A DNA stretch of 64,000 bases from Candidatus Omnitrophota bacterium (lineage in GTDB: Bacteria > Omnitrophota > Omnitrophia > Omnitrophales > JACQLI01), in NCBI GenBank assembly GCA_016179745.1, contig JACPCP010000014.1:751-64750 (forward strand). Direction: 5' to 3'. The notes beneath the pieces are model-generated. The model worked only from the letters and a program-made list of their open reading frames with translations. It was not told the origin of the DNA and did not search any database. How positions within the stretch are numbered: the first letter of the stretch is position 1; each line of letters opens with the position of its first letter. The translations under genes were made by a program, and so were the position numbers. Shown in pieces: positions 10,145 through 19,587 of the stretch.

Positions 10145-11155
10145 TTACAAACGAAGGCCCCCGGCCAGGGCCCCACTCCCGGCCTTCGCCCATTGGGCGG
10201 CCTCTTTGGCGTGGTAGGTCAAAATCACGCCCGCCCCGGCCCGGCGGAGGGAGGTCAGGATCTCAAAAACAATTTTCTTCTCATCGATCCATCCGGCTTG
10301 GGCGGCGGCCTTCACCATCGCATATTCGCCGCTCACGTTGTAAGCCGCCATCGGAAATTGAAAACGGGCCTTGGCCTCCCGAATCACATCGAGATAGGCC
10401 AGCGCCGGTTTGACCATCACCAGATCCGCCCCTTCTTCAATATCCATCTGGATCTCCCGCATCGCCTCCTCCCGGTTGGCCGGGTCCATCTGATAGGATT
10501 GCCGGTCGCCGAATTGCGGGGTCGAGTGGGCCGCCTCCCGGAAGGGGCCGTAAAAGGCGGAGGCGTATTTGGCCGCATAACTTAAAATGGCGGTGGATTC
10601 AAAACCCTTTTGGTCGAGTGAGCGGCGAATCGCCCGAACCCGCCCATCCATCATGTCGCTCGGCGCCACGATGTCGGCGCCGGCCTCGGCGTGCGACAGG
10701 GCCGTCTGGGCGAGAATTTCTAGGGAACGGTCATTGTCAATTTCACCCCGCTCGTTCACCACGCCGCAATGGCCGTGGCTCGTGTAAGCGCAAAGGCAGA
10801 CATCGGTAATGACGGCAAGCTCGGGAAAATTTTTTTTGATCCGGCGAACGGCTTCCTGGACGGATCCTTCCGGGCTCGAGGCCTCCGTCCCCCCCTCATC
10901 CTTCCGGGAGGGAAGGCCAAAAAGAAGAACGGCGGCGAGGCCCAAACCTTGAATTTCCTCGAGCTCTTCCAGGAGCAAATCCGGACTCCAGTGGAATTGG
11001 CCCGGCAGGGACTCGATGGGTTCCTTGAGGTTCCGGCCCGGCTTCACAAAATAAGGCATCACGAGCTGGGAAAGAGAAAGTTCGGTCTCCCGGACCAATT
11101 TCCGGAGCGATTCATTCTTTCTCATCCGTCTGGGACGGGTGTCAGGAAATTTCAT
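10145..11155 (-). CDS. hemB: Porphobilinogen synthase (delta-aminolevulinate dehydratase)
   Basis: 336 aa; N-terminal RPRRMRKNESLRKLVRET and Cys-rich metal site DVCLCAYTSHGHCG typical of HemB. Confidence 0.92.
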   Translation of the reverse strand: MKFPDTRPRRMRKNESLRKLVRETELSLSQLVMPYFVKPGRNLKEPIESLPGQFHWSPDLLLEELEEIQGLGLAAVLLFGLPSRKDEGGTEASSPEGSVQEAVRRIKKNFPELAVITDVCLCAYTSHGHCGVVNERGEIDNDRSLEILAQTALSHAEAGADIVAPSDMMDGRVRAIRRSLDQKGFESTAILSYAAKYASAFYGPFREAAHSTPQFGDRQSYQMDPANREEAMREIQMDIEEGADLVMVKPALAYLDVIREAKARFQFPMAAYNVSGEYAMVKAAAQAGWIDEKKIVFEILTSLRRAGAGVILTYHAKEAAQWAKAGSGALAGGLRL

Positions 11156-11166
11156 GGGGCTTTTCT

Positions 11167-12699
11167 TTATCCTCCGTTCGAGAGGGCTTCGAGGATCCCT
11201 TCCGTCGTGTGCATCCGGGCCTCCCGGGCGGGCTTGAAGCCGTATTCCCGAAGCGTGCCGCTCGTGACGGGGCCGATCGAAATGAACCGGGTGCGGAGCC
11301 TCCGGCGAAGGGCGGGCGGGAGGGGATCAAAAAAATTCCGGACGGTCGAGGAGCTTGTGAAGGTCACGTAATCAATCTTCCCGCTTTGAAGGGTCTGAAT
11401 CAACTTTTTTCTCTCCGCTTTCACCGGACGGGTCCGGTAGGTTTCAAGCTCGGTCACGAGGGCTCCCTCTTTTTCGAGCGATTCTTTCAGTTCGGGCGGG
11501 GGCGACGCCACCCGGGCCAGGAGAAACTTTTTTCCCTGGAGCGGTCCCCTTTTTTTCAGGCTCTCGAAAAGCGCCTCGTTGGTATATTCGCCTGGAATCA
11601 GATCGGCCCAAAGCCCCTTTTTCTGCAGCGTCTCGGCCGTGCGTTCACCGATGGCCGCAATGCGAAGGCCGGAAAAAATCCTCCCGTCCTTTCCGAGGCA
11701 GCGCATCCGGTCAAAAAAGGATTCGACCCCGTTGGCGCTCGTAAAGACAAGCCAATCATAGACCGGCTTGACGGCGGCCGCCATCCGTTGAATCTCCCTG
11801 TCAATCCGGTCCGGCCGGCTGGGAGGCAGGATTTCGATCGTCGGAAATTCGAGGACCTCGGCGCCCAGGTCACCCAATTTTTCAACCAGTTCACCCGCCT
11901 GCCCCCGGGGCCTCGTCACAATCACCTTTTTCCCCTGAAGCGGTTTCCTTGAAAACCAGGCCAGTTTTTTCCCGAGCCCGACCACGTCTCCGACCACCGT
12001 GAGGGCCGGAGGAATGACATTTGCCTTTTTGACTTTCTCCAGAATATTTTCCAGGGTGCCCGAAATCACCCGCTGGGCCGGCAAGGTCCCTTGCTCGATC
12101 ACCGCCGCCGGGGTCCGGGGCTTCCTCCCCGCCCGGAGAAGGGCCCGGACAATTTGGGGCAGGGTCTTCAATCCCATGAAGGCCACGAGTGTCCCGCCCG
12201 TTTCGCTGAGTTTTTTCCAGTCCACTTCCCCCTTGCCACAGTGCCCCGTCACAAAGGTCACGTGGGAAGTAAACCGGCGGTCCGTCAAAGGAATTCCGGC
12301 AGTGGCGGCGGCCCCAATCCCGGCGCTGACCCCGGGAATCACCTCGAAGGGAACCCGGTGCCGGACGAGGAAACTCGCTTCCTCCCCGCCCCGTCCGAAA
12401 ATAAAGGGGTCGCCCCCTTTGAGCCGGACGATCCGTTTTCCCTGACGGGCAAACTGAAGGAGCATCTGATGGATCCTTTCCTGTTCGATCAAGTGCCTTC
12501 CGGCCTTCTTTCCCGCAAAAATTTTTTCGGCGGTTTCCGCCAGGGAAAGGATCTCGGGATTTACGAGGGCATCAAAGATCACAACCTCGGCCCGGCGGAG
12601 CGCTTCCCGGCCCCGGAGGGTCAGAAGCCCGGGGTCGCCCGGCCCCGCACCGACCAGAATCACTTTTCCAACTTTTCCGGAACGGCCTCTCTTTTTCAT
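11167..12699 (-). CDS. cobA/hemD: Fused uroporphyrinogen-III C-methyltransferase / uroporphyrinogen-III synthase
   Basis: 510 aa; N-terminal SUMT motif VGAGPGDPGLLT; C-terminal half is HemD-like; 4-nt overlap with hemC. Confidence 0.88.
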   Translation of the reverse strand: MKKRGRSGKVGKVILVGAGPGDPGLLTLRGREALRRAEVVIFDALVNPEILSLAETAEKIFAGKKAGRHLIEQERIHQMLLQFARQGKRIVRLKGGDPFIFGRGGEEASFLVRHRVPFEVIPGVSAGIGAAATAGIPLTDRRFTSHVTFVTGHCGKGEVDWKKLSETGGTLVAFMGLKTLPQIVRALLRAGRKPRTPAAVIEQGTLPAQRVISGTLENILEKVKKANVIPPALTVVGDVVGLGKKLAWFSRKPLQGKKVIVTRPRGQAGELVEKLGDLGAEVLEFPTIEILPPSRPDRIDREIQRMAAAVKPVYDWLVFTSANGVESFFDRMRCLGKDGRIFSGLRIAAIGERTAETLQKKGLWADLIPGEYTNEALFESLKKRGPLQGKKFLLARVASPPPELKESLEKEGALVTELETYRTRPVKAERKKLIQTLQSGKIDYVTFTSSSTVRNFFDPLPPALRRRLRTRFISIGPVTSGTLREYGFKPAREARMHTTEGILEALSNGG

Positions 12700-13637
12700 T
12701 TCTCAAAACCTCGGCGCATCTCACTCACAATCCGGTCTCCCCCCTTTTCCAGCAAGGCTTCGGCGAGGCGGATGCCGATCGCCTCGGGATTCTCGGGCAG
12801 GAACTCCATTTTGTCCTCCACCCTTTGTGCGCCGTCGAGTGAAAAAAGGACCCCGGCCGCCCGAAATTTTTTACCGCCCTCCTCAAACCGGGTCGTGATG
12901 CCGCAGGGGAGCTGGCATCCGCCCTCGAGACGCCGGAGGAAGGCCCGTTCCGAGGCGGCTCGAAAAGCAGTCGGCGGGTGATTTAAGGAACTCAGGAGTT
13001 CGTCGGTCTCGGGGTCCTTCTCCCGGCTCTCGACCGCAATGATCCCCTGACAGGGCGCCGGGTAAAATTTATCTTCCGGAAAAATCTCGGTGACCGGGGA
13101 GGTCAGGCCGAGGCGCTGGAGCCCGGCATAGGCCAGGACGATCCCGTCTGTCTGGCCCTCTTCAACTTTCCGGAGCCGGCTGTCGACATTTCCCCGGACA
13201 TCTTCCACGATCAGTTCCGAATTTATCCGGAGCAATTGAAGGCGGCGGCGAATCGAGCTCGTCCCGATCCGGGCCCCGAGCGGAAGCTCGCTCAATTTCT
13301 TTCCCTCCCGGGCCACGAGGCAGTCCCTCGAATCTTCCCGCTCCAGGACCGCTCCGAGCTTGAGCCCGCCGGGCAATTCGACGGCCAGGTCCTTGGCGCT
13401 GTGGACGGCCAAATCAATCTCCCGGCCGACGAGCGCCTCCTCGATCTCTTTGGTGTAAACCCGCTTTGTGGCAAACGGGTCGACCGTGGAGCGGCGGATC
13501 ATGTCCCCGGAGGTCTTGATCGCTGTCACCGTAAAGCACATCAGAGGAAAATTTTTTTCCAGTTTGGCCCGGACCAGTTCGCTCTGGTAGAGCGCCAGCT
13601 TGCTGCCCCGGGTCCCGATCCGAAACTCCGTCTTCAT
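12696..13637 (-). CDS. hemC: Hydroxymethylbilane synthase (porphobilinogen deaminase)
   Basis: 313 aa; IGTRGSKLAL and RGNVDSRL motifs; 4-nt overlap with hemA. Confidence 0.93.
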   Translation of the reverse strand: MKTEFRIGTRGSKLALYQSELVRAKLEKNFPLMCFTVTAIKTSGDMIRRSTVDPFATKRVYTKEIEEALVGREIDLAVHSAKDLAVELPGGLKLGAVLEREDSRDCLVAREGKKLSELPLGARIGTSSIRRRLQLLRINSELIVEDVRGNVDSRLRKVEEGQTDGIVLAYAGLQRLGLTSPVTEIFPEDKFYPAPCQGIIAVESREKDPETDELLSSLNHPPTAFRAASERAFLRRLEGGCQLPCGITTRFEEGGKKFRAAGVLFSLDGAQRVEDKMEFLPENPEAIGIRLAEALLEKGGDRIVSEMRRGFEK

Positions 13638-14899
13638 GGGGTCTTCACGGGGAGCCGGAAGAGGGTGTGAAGCGATTCGAGGGTGCGGCGGACCGAGCCC
13701 GTGCGGGAGGATTCTTTGAGGGCCTCGAGCGGCGCATGAAGGAATTTGGAGCGGAGCCTGCGGGCAAATTCCTCAAAGCGTTTTTTCTCCTCAGGCGCCA
13801 GGGGGCCGAGCCGTTCCAGCTCCTCCGCCATCAGACTGTCAAAGTATTCCTGAAGACTTTGAATGGTCGGTCCGGCTTGAAGCTGTTCCACCCAGCCGAG
13901 ATAATCCTCCACGGCTTCCTCAATCAGGGCCTCGGCCTGGCGAATTTCATTGCGCCGGAGCCTCAGATTCGACTGGGCCACTTCCTGGAGGTCGTCAATG
14001 TTGTAAAGGTAGACGTCATCGAGCGTGTTGATTTCCGGTTCAATATTCCGGGGGACCCCGATGTCGATCAGAAAAAGAGGGCGGTGGCGGCGCTCTTCCA
14101 TGGCCCGCTTCACGGCCTCCCGTTTGACCACCGGGTGCGGGGCGGAGGTGGAGGCCATCAGGATGTCCACTTCGACCATCCGGTCTGTCCAGGATTCGCT
14201 GGAGACCCAGCGGGCCCCAAAGGCCTCGGCGAGCGAACTGCCACGCTCTTCGTTCCGGCTCACCACGTAGACGAGATCGGCCCCGGCCTCTTTAAGATTT
14301 TGCAGCGTGAGCTCGCTCATCTCTCCCGTCCCCAGCACCATGACCTTTTCCCCCCGGAGCCGGCCGAAAATTTTTTCCGCCAGCTCCACGGCCACGCTGG
14401 GAATGCTCACGGCCCCTTCATTGATTTTGGTCCGGGTCCGGACGCCCTTCCCGACCCGGATCGCCCGCTCACTCAACCGGTAAAGGACCGAGTCCACCGT
14501 GCCGGCATTCTGGGCGGCCCGAAACGCCTCCCGGAGCTGGCCCAGGATTTCATTTTCCCCGACCACCATGGAGTCAAGCCCGGAGGCGACCCGAAAAAGG
14601 TGGCGGACCGCCTCCCGGCCTTCGTAACGGTAGGCAAAGGATTGGAACTGGCAGGGGTCGATCCCGTGAAACGAGGCCAGGAAATCGGTCACCGCCTCCG
14701 AGGTGATCCCCGTTTCCTCCGTCGAAAAATAAAGCTCCACCCGGTTGCAGGTGGAAAGGATGAGGGTCTCGACCGAGGGCCACTCCCTCCGGATCCCCTG
14801 AAAGGCCTCGGGGAGCCGCTTCTCACGGAAATGCAGGGTCTCCCGGATCTGGACCGGGCAATTTTTGTAGTTGATCCCGTAGACGAAGAATTGAATCAT
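13634..14899 (-). CDS. hemA: Glutamyl-tRNA reductase
   Basis: 421 aa; LSTCNRVELYF catalytic-Cys motif. Confidence 0.93.
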   Translation of the reverse strand: MIQFFVYGINYKNCPVQIRETLHFREKRLPEAFQGIRREWPSVETLILSTCNRVELYFSTEETGITSEAVTDFLASFHGIDPCQFQSFAYRYEGREAVRHLFRVASGLDSMVVGENEILGQLREAFRAAQNAGTVDSVLYRLSERAIRVGKGVRTRTKINEGAVSIPSVAVELAEKIFGRLRGEKVMVLGTGEMSELTLQNLKEAGADLVYVVSRNEERGSSLAEAFGARWVSSESWTDRMVEVDILMASTSAPHPVVKREAVKRAMEERRHRPLFLIDIGVPRNIEPEINTLDDVYLYNIDDLQEVAQSNLRLRRNEIRQAEALIEEAVEDYLGWVEQLQAGPTIQSLQEYFDSLMAEELERLGPLAPEEKKRFEEFARRLRSKFLHAPLEALKESSRTGSVRRTLESLHTLFRLPVKTP

Positions 14900-15729
14900 C
14901 GAAGCAGCCGGTGAAACCCCCCTCCGAATAAATTGGTCCCGAAAAAGCTCACAAAAATCATCAGAAAGGCGATCAGACTGATCACGATGACCCGCTTTCC
15001 CCGGGCCGATCGGACATAATGCGCATAAAGAAGCGCCAGGTAAAAAAGGGCGACCCCCATCGTCGTGACCGCCTTCGGCTCGCCCAGCCAGAATTTCCCA
15101 AAGGCCGATTTCGACCAGAGGAGCCCGATCCCGACAGCCCCCAGAAGGAGAAAGGCCCCCCAGGCCATCGGCGAATAAATCAACCGCTCCAGCGATTCGA
15201 GCGAAGGAAGCTTGTGGTAAAACGAGCCGCCCCGTTTTCGCTTGAGGGCCCGGTGCTGGATCAGGTAGAGGAGGGCGGCGGCGAAAGAAAGTGTGAAACT
15301 GGCGTAGGCAAAGAAGGCGGTCCCGAGATGAAGGACAAAATAGGGGTTGAGCGGATTCGGGACCGTGGTCGAGCCCGAGTCATAATTCAGAAGGCCGACG
15401 CCCACAAAAAGCGACAAAAGCGGTGCCAGGATCAGGCCAAATGATTCGCTCTGCACCCCGGCCAAAAGGACCAGGTAGACAAAGGCGAGGGCCCACGAGA
15501 AAAACCCCATCACCTGCCCGAAGGTCGAGACCGGAATCAAAAGCCCCTCGGCCTTGGGTTCCGAGAAAAAGAAAAAGGTGTGGACGAGAAACCCCACCCT
15601 GACCAGGACAAGCGCCCAGCGGTTTGCCCTTTCCACGGGCCCCAAAAAGGCGGCGAGGTGGAGAAGGAAGGCGAGGAAATAAAGCGTCCCGGCCAGACTC
15701 AAAATCGAAACAGGAAGCGTTGGATTCAT
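14896..15729 (-). CDS. Cytochrome c assembly (CcsA/HemX-like) membrane protein
   Basis: 277-aa polytopic membrane protein immediately upstream of hemA, the position typical of HemX/CcsA-like genes; 4-nt overlaps on both sides. Confidence 0.7.
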   Translation of the reverse strand: MNPTLPVSILSLAGTLYFLAFLLHLAAFLGPVERANRWALVLVRVGFLVHTFFFFSEPKAEGLLIPVSTFGQVMGFFSWALAFVYLVLLAGVQSESFGLILAPLLSLFVGVGLLNYDSGSTTVPNPLNPYFVLHLGTAFFAYASFTLSFAAALLYLIQHRALKRKRGGSFYHKLPSLESLERLIYSPMAWGAFLLLGAVGIGLLWSKSAFGKFWLGEPKAVTTMGVALFYLALLYAHYVRSARGKRVIVISLIAFLMIFVSFFGTNLFGGGFHRLLR

Positions 15730-16238
15730 TTTTTAAACCTCATTCGCTTTTGACGGAGCCGGCCGGCTTTCTCGAGGACCCTTCCCACCGAACCGGGAAT
15801 CACCTTTTCGAGCGCCTCCCGGAGCCGGCGGGCAAAGAGCGGGCTTGCGCCGCCGGTTGAAATCGCAATCTGAAGCGGCCCTTTCTCGACAATGGCCGGC
15901 GCATAAAAATCGCAAAGTTCCGGATCGTCCGCAACGTTCACAAAAATTTTTTTCCTCCGGCAGAGGGCGGCCACCCGGGCATTGAAACCCCGGTCTGAGG
16001 TAGCCACCACCACGAGCCGAGCCCCGTTCAAGGCGACCCGGCCCCCTCGCATCTTCTCGAGTCTCAAGCGGCCTCGCCTTGCCCACTGCTTCAAAGGTTC
16101 CGAAAAATCCCGGCTCACGCAGATCACGTGGGCGCCACGGTCGAGGAGCGTTTTGACTTTTCGCTCAGCCACTTCGCCGCCTCCGAACACCCGGCACGAA
16201 ACGCCTTTCACGTTCAAAAAGAGAGGATAACCCCGCAT
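15726..16238 (-). CDS. Precorrin-2 dehydrogenase / sirohydrochlorin ferrochelatase-like (CysG N-terminal domain, SirC-like)
   Basis: 170 aa; Rossmann start LNVKGVSCRVFGGGEVAERKVKTLL typical of the siroheme synthase N-domain. Confidence 0.75.
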   Translation of the reverse strand: MRGYPLFLNVKGVSCRVFGGGEVAERKVKTLLDRGAHVICVSRDFSEPLKQWARRGRLRLEKMRGGRVALNGARLVVVATSDRGFNARVAALCRRKKIFVNVADDPELCDFYAPAIVEKGPLQIAISTGGASPLFARRLREALEKVIPGSVGRVLEKAGRLRQKRMRFKK

Positions 16239-16262
16239 CGCATCCCTCCGGAAATAAAAAAC

Positions 16263-17057
16263 CTATTCGAAACTCTCTTTGAGGGCGGGGAAGGAGCCCG
16301 AGCGGACGTCTTTCAAATAGCGGGAAAAGGCCTTTTGGGCCTCTGTCTCGAAATCGGCGTAGCGGCGCACGAAACGGGGCTCCACCTTTCCCTTGAAACC
16401 CAGAAGATCGTGGAGCACCAAAATCTGGCCGTCGGTCTTGGGCCCCGCCCCGATCCCGATCGTGGGGCAGGAAATTTTTTGGGTGATCCGCTCCGCCAAT
16501 TGAGAAGGCACGCATTCGAGGACCAGCGAAAAAATCCCGGCCTCTTCGAGCCTCTGGGCGTCTTCCAAAATTTCCTTTGCGGCCTCCTCCTCCCGGCCCT
16601 GGACTTTGTAACCGCCAAGCTGGGTGGCCGATTGCGGCGTCATCCCCAAATGGCCCATGACCGGGATCCCCGCCTCGACCAGGACCTTCACTTGTTTCGC
16701 TCTCGGTCCGCCGCCTTCAAGTTTCACAGCGTCAGCGCCGCCTTCCTGAATCAAACGGCGGGCGTTCCGGAGGGCCTGTTCCGCCGAGGCCTGATAAGTT
16801 CCAAAGGGCATGTCGCTTACGACCAGCGACCGCTTGACCGCCCGGGAGACGGCCTTCGTGTGATGAATCATCTCCCGCATTGTCACGGGGAGCGTGGAGT
16901 CGTAACCCAGGAGGACCATCCCCAGCGAATCGCCGACCAGGACGATGTCCAAACCGACTTCGTCCAGAATCCGGGCAAAAGGAAAATCATAAGCGGTCAG
17001 CGCCGCAATCTTTTCCTTCCCCTTTTTTTCAAGGACCGCCTTGACCGTGAGTTTCAT
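16263..17057 (-). CDS. panB: 3-methyl-2-oxobutanoate hydroxymethyltransferase
   Basis: 264 aa; VGDSLGMV motif and typical length. Confidence 0.92.
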   Translation of the reverse strand: MKLTVKAVLEKKGKEKIAALTAYDFPFARILDEVGLDIVLVGDSLGMVLLGYDSTLPVTMREMIHHTKAVSRAVKRSLVVSDMPFGTYQASAEQALRNARRLIQEGGADAVKLEGGGPRAKQVKVLVEAGIPVMGHLGMTPQSATQLGGYKVQGREEEAAKEILEDAQRLEEAGIFSLVLECVPSQLAERITQKISCPTIGIGAGPKTDGQILVLHDLLGFKGKVEPRFVRRYADFETEAQKAFSRYLKDVRSGSFPALKESFE

Positions 17058-17960
17058 TCACCGAACCGGGGAAGGGGACAAATTTTTAGAAATGCCGGCC
17101 CCCTCCAAAATTTCCGGAATCAATTCCCCCCAGCCGATCGGCATGATATGAAATCCCTGCACGAGGGGCTTCAGGGCCCGGAGGAGACGCACCGCAATTT
17201 CCACGGACTTTTTCTTTTTGTCCTTGTCCGGCACGCCGTCAATTTCCTGAATCAGGGCCTCGGGGACCCGGATCCCCGGAATGTGGTCGTTCATAAATTT
17301 GGCCATCTTGGCTGATTTGAGAAGAATCACGCCCGCCAGAAAGGGCTGCTTGACACCTTTGACCTTCTCGAGAAATTTTTCGTAAAGCGCCGGGTCGAAG
17401 ACGGCCTGCGTTTGGAAAAATTCGCACCCGAGCTCGATTTTTTTCAGGGTCTTCTGCCGTTCGGTCTCAAGGTCCTCCACCACCGGATTGGCGGCTCCGC
17501 CCACAAAAATGTCCTTCGGCGACCCTTCCAATTCCTTTCCTGCCAGGTCTCTTCCTCCCTTGAGGGATTTCACGGCGCCGAAGAGGCCCATCGTGTCGAG
17601 ATCATAAACGGGTTTGGCGTCAGGGTGGTCGCCCACCTTCGGAGGGTCACCCCCCAGGAGCAGGACATTCCGGATCCCCAAAACATAGGCCGACAAAACA
17701 TCCGATTGGACCGCCAGGCGGTTCCGGGAAGCGGCGGTCAATTGAAATACGGGCTCAATCCCCTGCTCGATGAGAATCCGGGAAAGCGCAATGGAGCCCA
17801 GTTTCATCACACCGCCCTGAAGGTCGGTCACGTTCATCGCATCAACGGGTCCCATGGCCCGAGCCTCGGCAAGCGCCCGGGTCACATCGACCCCCTTGGG
17901 CGGCCCCAGTTCGGCTGTGACGACAAATTTCCCCTGGGATAATTTTTCTCGGAGGCTCAC
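17058..17960 (-). CDS. metF: Methylenetetrahydrofolate reductase
   Basis: MTHFR-family sequence (MSLREKLSQGKFVVTAELGPPKG...). I place the start at the GTG at 17960, which overlaps the folD stop (GTGA). The 377-aa track ORF is over-extended into folD. Confidence 0.82.
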   Translation of the reverse strand: MSLREKLSQGKFVVTAELGPPKGVDVTRALAEARAMGPVDAMNVTDLQGGVMKLGSIALSRILIEQGIEPVFQLTAASRNRLAVQSDVLSAYVLGIRNVLLLGGDPPKVGDHPDAKPVYDLDTMGLFGAVKSLKGGRDLAGKELEGSPKDIFVGGAANPVVEDLETERQKTLKKIELGCEFFQTQAVFDPALYEKFLEKVKGVKQPFLAGVILLKSAKMAKFMNDHIPGIRVPEALIQEIDGVPDKDKKKKSVEIAVRLLRALKPLVQGFHIMPIGWGELIPEILEGAGISKNLSPSPVR

Positions 17961-18820
17961 AGAATTCCTTTCTGCCACTTGTAGGCGGTGATCAAGTTTT
18001 TCATCAGGATCGTCACCGTGAGAGGGCCGACCCCGCCCGGGACCGGTGTAATAAAGCCGGCTCGTTTCTTCGCTTCCTCGAATTCTACATCGCCCACGAG
18101 CTTCCCTTTGACTTCCGTGGTCCCCACATCGATCACAACCGCTCCGGGTTTGATCCACGCCCCCTGGACGAGGCCGGGCTTGCCGGCGCACGCCACCACG
18201 AGGTCTGAGTCAGACACCAGTTTTTCGATGTCTTCCATCGGCGTGCCGGTGTTGCAGACGGCGGTCGTGACCCGGCGTTCTCCCAGCAGAAGTTGAAGCG
18301 GACGGCCGACCACGGCACTTTGGCCCACGATCACGGCCCGCTTTCCCCTGAATTTGATTCCGGTGGAATCGATCAAGGCCAGGGCGGCCAAGGCGGTGGA
18401 GGGGACCAAACGGGCCTTGCGGAGAACGAGCCAGCCCAGGTTTGTCGGGTGGACCCCTTCGACATCCTTTTGGTAATTGAACACCCGGAAAATCTGGGCG
18501 CTGTCAAAGCCGTCGGGAAGGGGCAGGCTCACGAAAATCCCGTGGGTTTTGGAATCGCTCGCCTTTCGGATTTGTTCCATGAGCTGGCTCGGGAGCCGGG
18601 TTTCCTTTGCCGGAACCAACTGAAATCCGATCCCGAGCCGGGACGCCAGTTTCTGCTGTTCGCCGACATACCAGCGTGAGGCCGGATGGTCGCTCACCTC
18701 AAAGGCGGTCAGAAGCGGCGGCTCAAGGCCTTTTTTTAAAAATCCTTCGATCTCGGAGCGGATCTCTTGCTGGATTTTCTGGGCAAGCGGTTTTCCTTCG
18801 AGCAGTCTGGCTTCTGTCAT
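17957..18820 (-). CDS. folD: Bifunctional methylene-THF dehydrogenase / methenyl-THF cyclohydrolase
   Basis: PVPGGVGPLT motif. Start chosen at ATG 18820 (MTEARLLEGKPLA..., homolog-like N-terminus). Alternative starts lie at 18841 and 18847. Confidence 0.9.
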   Translation of the reverse strand: MTEARLLEGKPLAQKIQQEIRSEIEGFLKKGLEPPLLTAFEVSDHPASRWYVGEQQKLASRLGIGFQLVPAKETRLPSQLMEQIRKASDSKTHGIFVSLPLPDGFDSAQIFRVFNYQKDVEGVHPTNLGWLVLRKARLVPSTALAALALIDSTGIKFRGKRAVIVGQSAVVGRPLQLLLGERRVTTAVCNTGTPMEDIEKLVSDSDLVVACAGKPGLVQGAWIKPGAVVIDVGTTEVKGKLVGDVEFEEAKKRAGFITPVPGGVGPLTVTILMKNLITAYKWQKGIL

Positions 18821-18821
18821 T

Positions 18822-19421
18822 TCAGTGGGGGGAGTTTCCATTTTCAAAACGTTTTTGGAGTTCCTCGAGCGCCCGCCCGGCCCGGGCCTTTTTCTCGGGG
18901 TCCTTCAAATAGACCATGTTGATCTTGGCGGTCTCGTAGGAGCCCCGGAAGGCTGCGCCGAGGAGAGAACGGCTCACCCGGAGATCGTTGGTGATAGAGC
19001 CCTTGACGAGCCCCTCCAGGGAATGAAGGCTCTCCTTGGCCATGGCCACCAGAAGCGCCAGGTCCGCCTGCAGGCGGAAGGAATTATCAAGGGCCTCGTC
19101 GATCAGGTGGTTTTTTTTCACGGCATCCGTCACCTTTCGGGTCCGGGTGTAGGCGGCCATCACCTCTCCGTAAACCCTGGGGTCCAGGTCCACGACTTGA
19201 AGGGCATTTTTCCTGAGTTTCTGAAGGGTCTTGATGGTTTGCTGGAGCGCAGGCTTTGTCTCGGCGGAGGCCCGCTTCAAACCGATCCGGGCCACCATCT
19301 CGGCCAGGCCCATTCCGAGGGCGCCGGCATAGGCACTGGCGCTCCCGCCTCCGGGCACCGGATTTTTACTGGAAAGCTCCGCCAAATAACGGGATAGAGA
19401 GAGCGAAGTAAATTTTTTCAT
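18822..19421 (-). CDS. fchA: Cyclodeaminase/cyclohydrolase-family protein (FchA / FTCD C-terminal domain-like)
   Basis: 199 aa; LAELSSKNPVPGGGSASAYAGALG motif characteristic of the family. Confidence 0.75.
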   Translation of the reverse strand: MKKFTSLSLSRYLAELSSKNPVPGGGSASAYAGALGMGLAEMVARIGLKRASAETKPALQQTIKTLQKLRKNALQVVDLDPRVYGEVMAAYTRTRKVTDAVKKNHLIDEALDNSFRLQADLALLVAMAKESLHSLEGLVKGSITNDLRVSRSLLGAAFRGSYETAKINMVYLKDPEKKARAGRALEELQKRFENGNSPH

Positions 19422-19469
19422 TTGAGGTCTCCGGCTGACGATGTCCTGGATAAATGTTTGAGGTGTAAG

Positions 19470-19498
19470 AGTATAAAAAGACGCCCCTCCGATTGCAA
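19470..19498 (-). promoter_or_regulatory. Candidate sigma70 promoter of the fchA-folD-metF-panB string
   Basis: Minus strand reads TTGCAA (19498-19493), 17 nt, TATACT (19475-19470), about 45 nt upstream of the fchA start. Confidence 0.45.
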
Positions 19499-19587
19499 CG
19501 AGATTTCCTGATCAACGGGACGGGAATAACGAATAACGGGACGGCGCCCAAACGCGAACGAGGCGCCCCCGCAGGGAAGGGTTAAGC

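Noticed and set aside
19500-19587. Hairpin GGCGCC-n12-GGGCGCC downstream of the 19588 gene as a terminator
   Set aside because: The stem is only 6 bp, the loop is large and there is no following T-run, so it is too weak to call.
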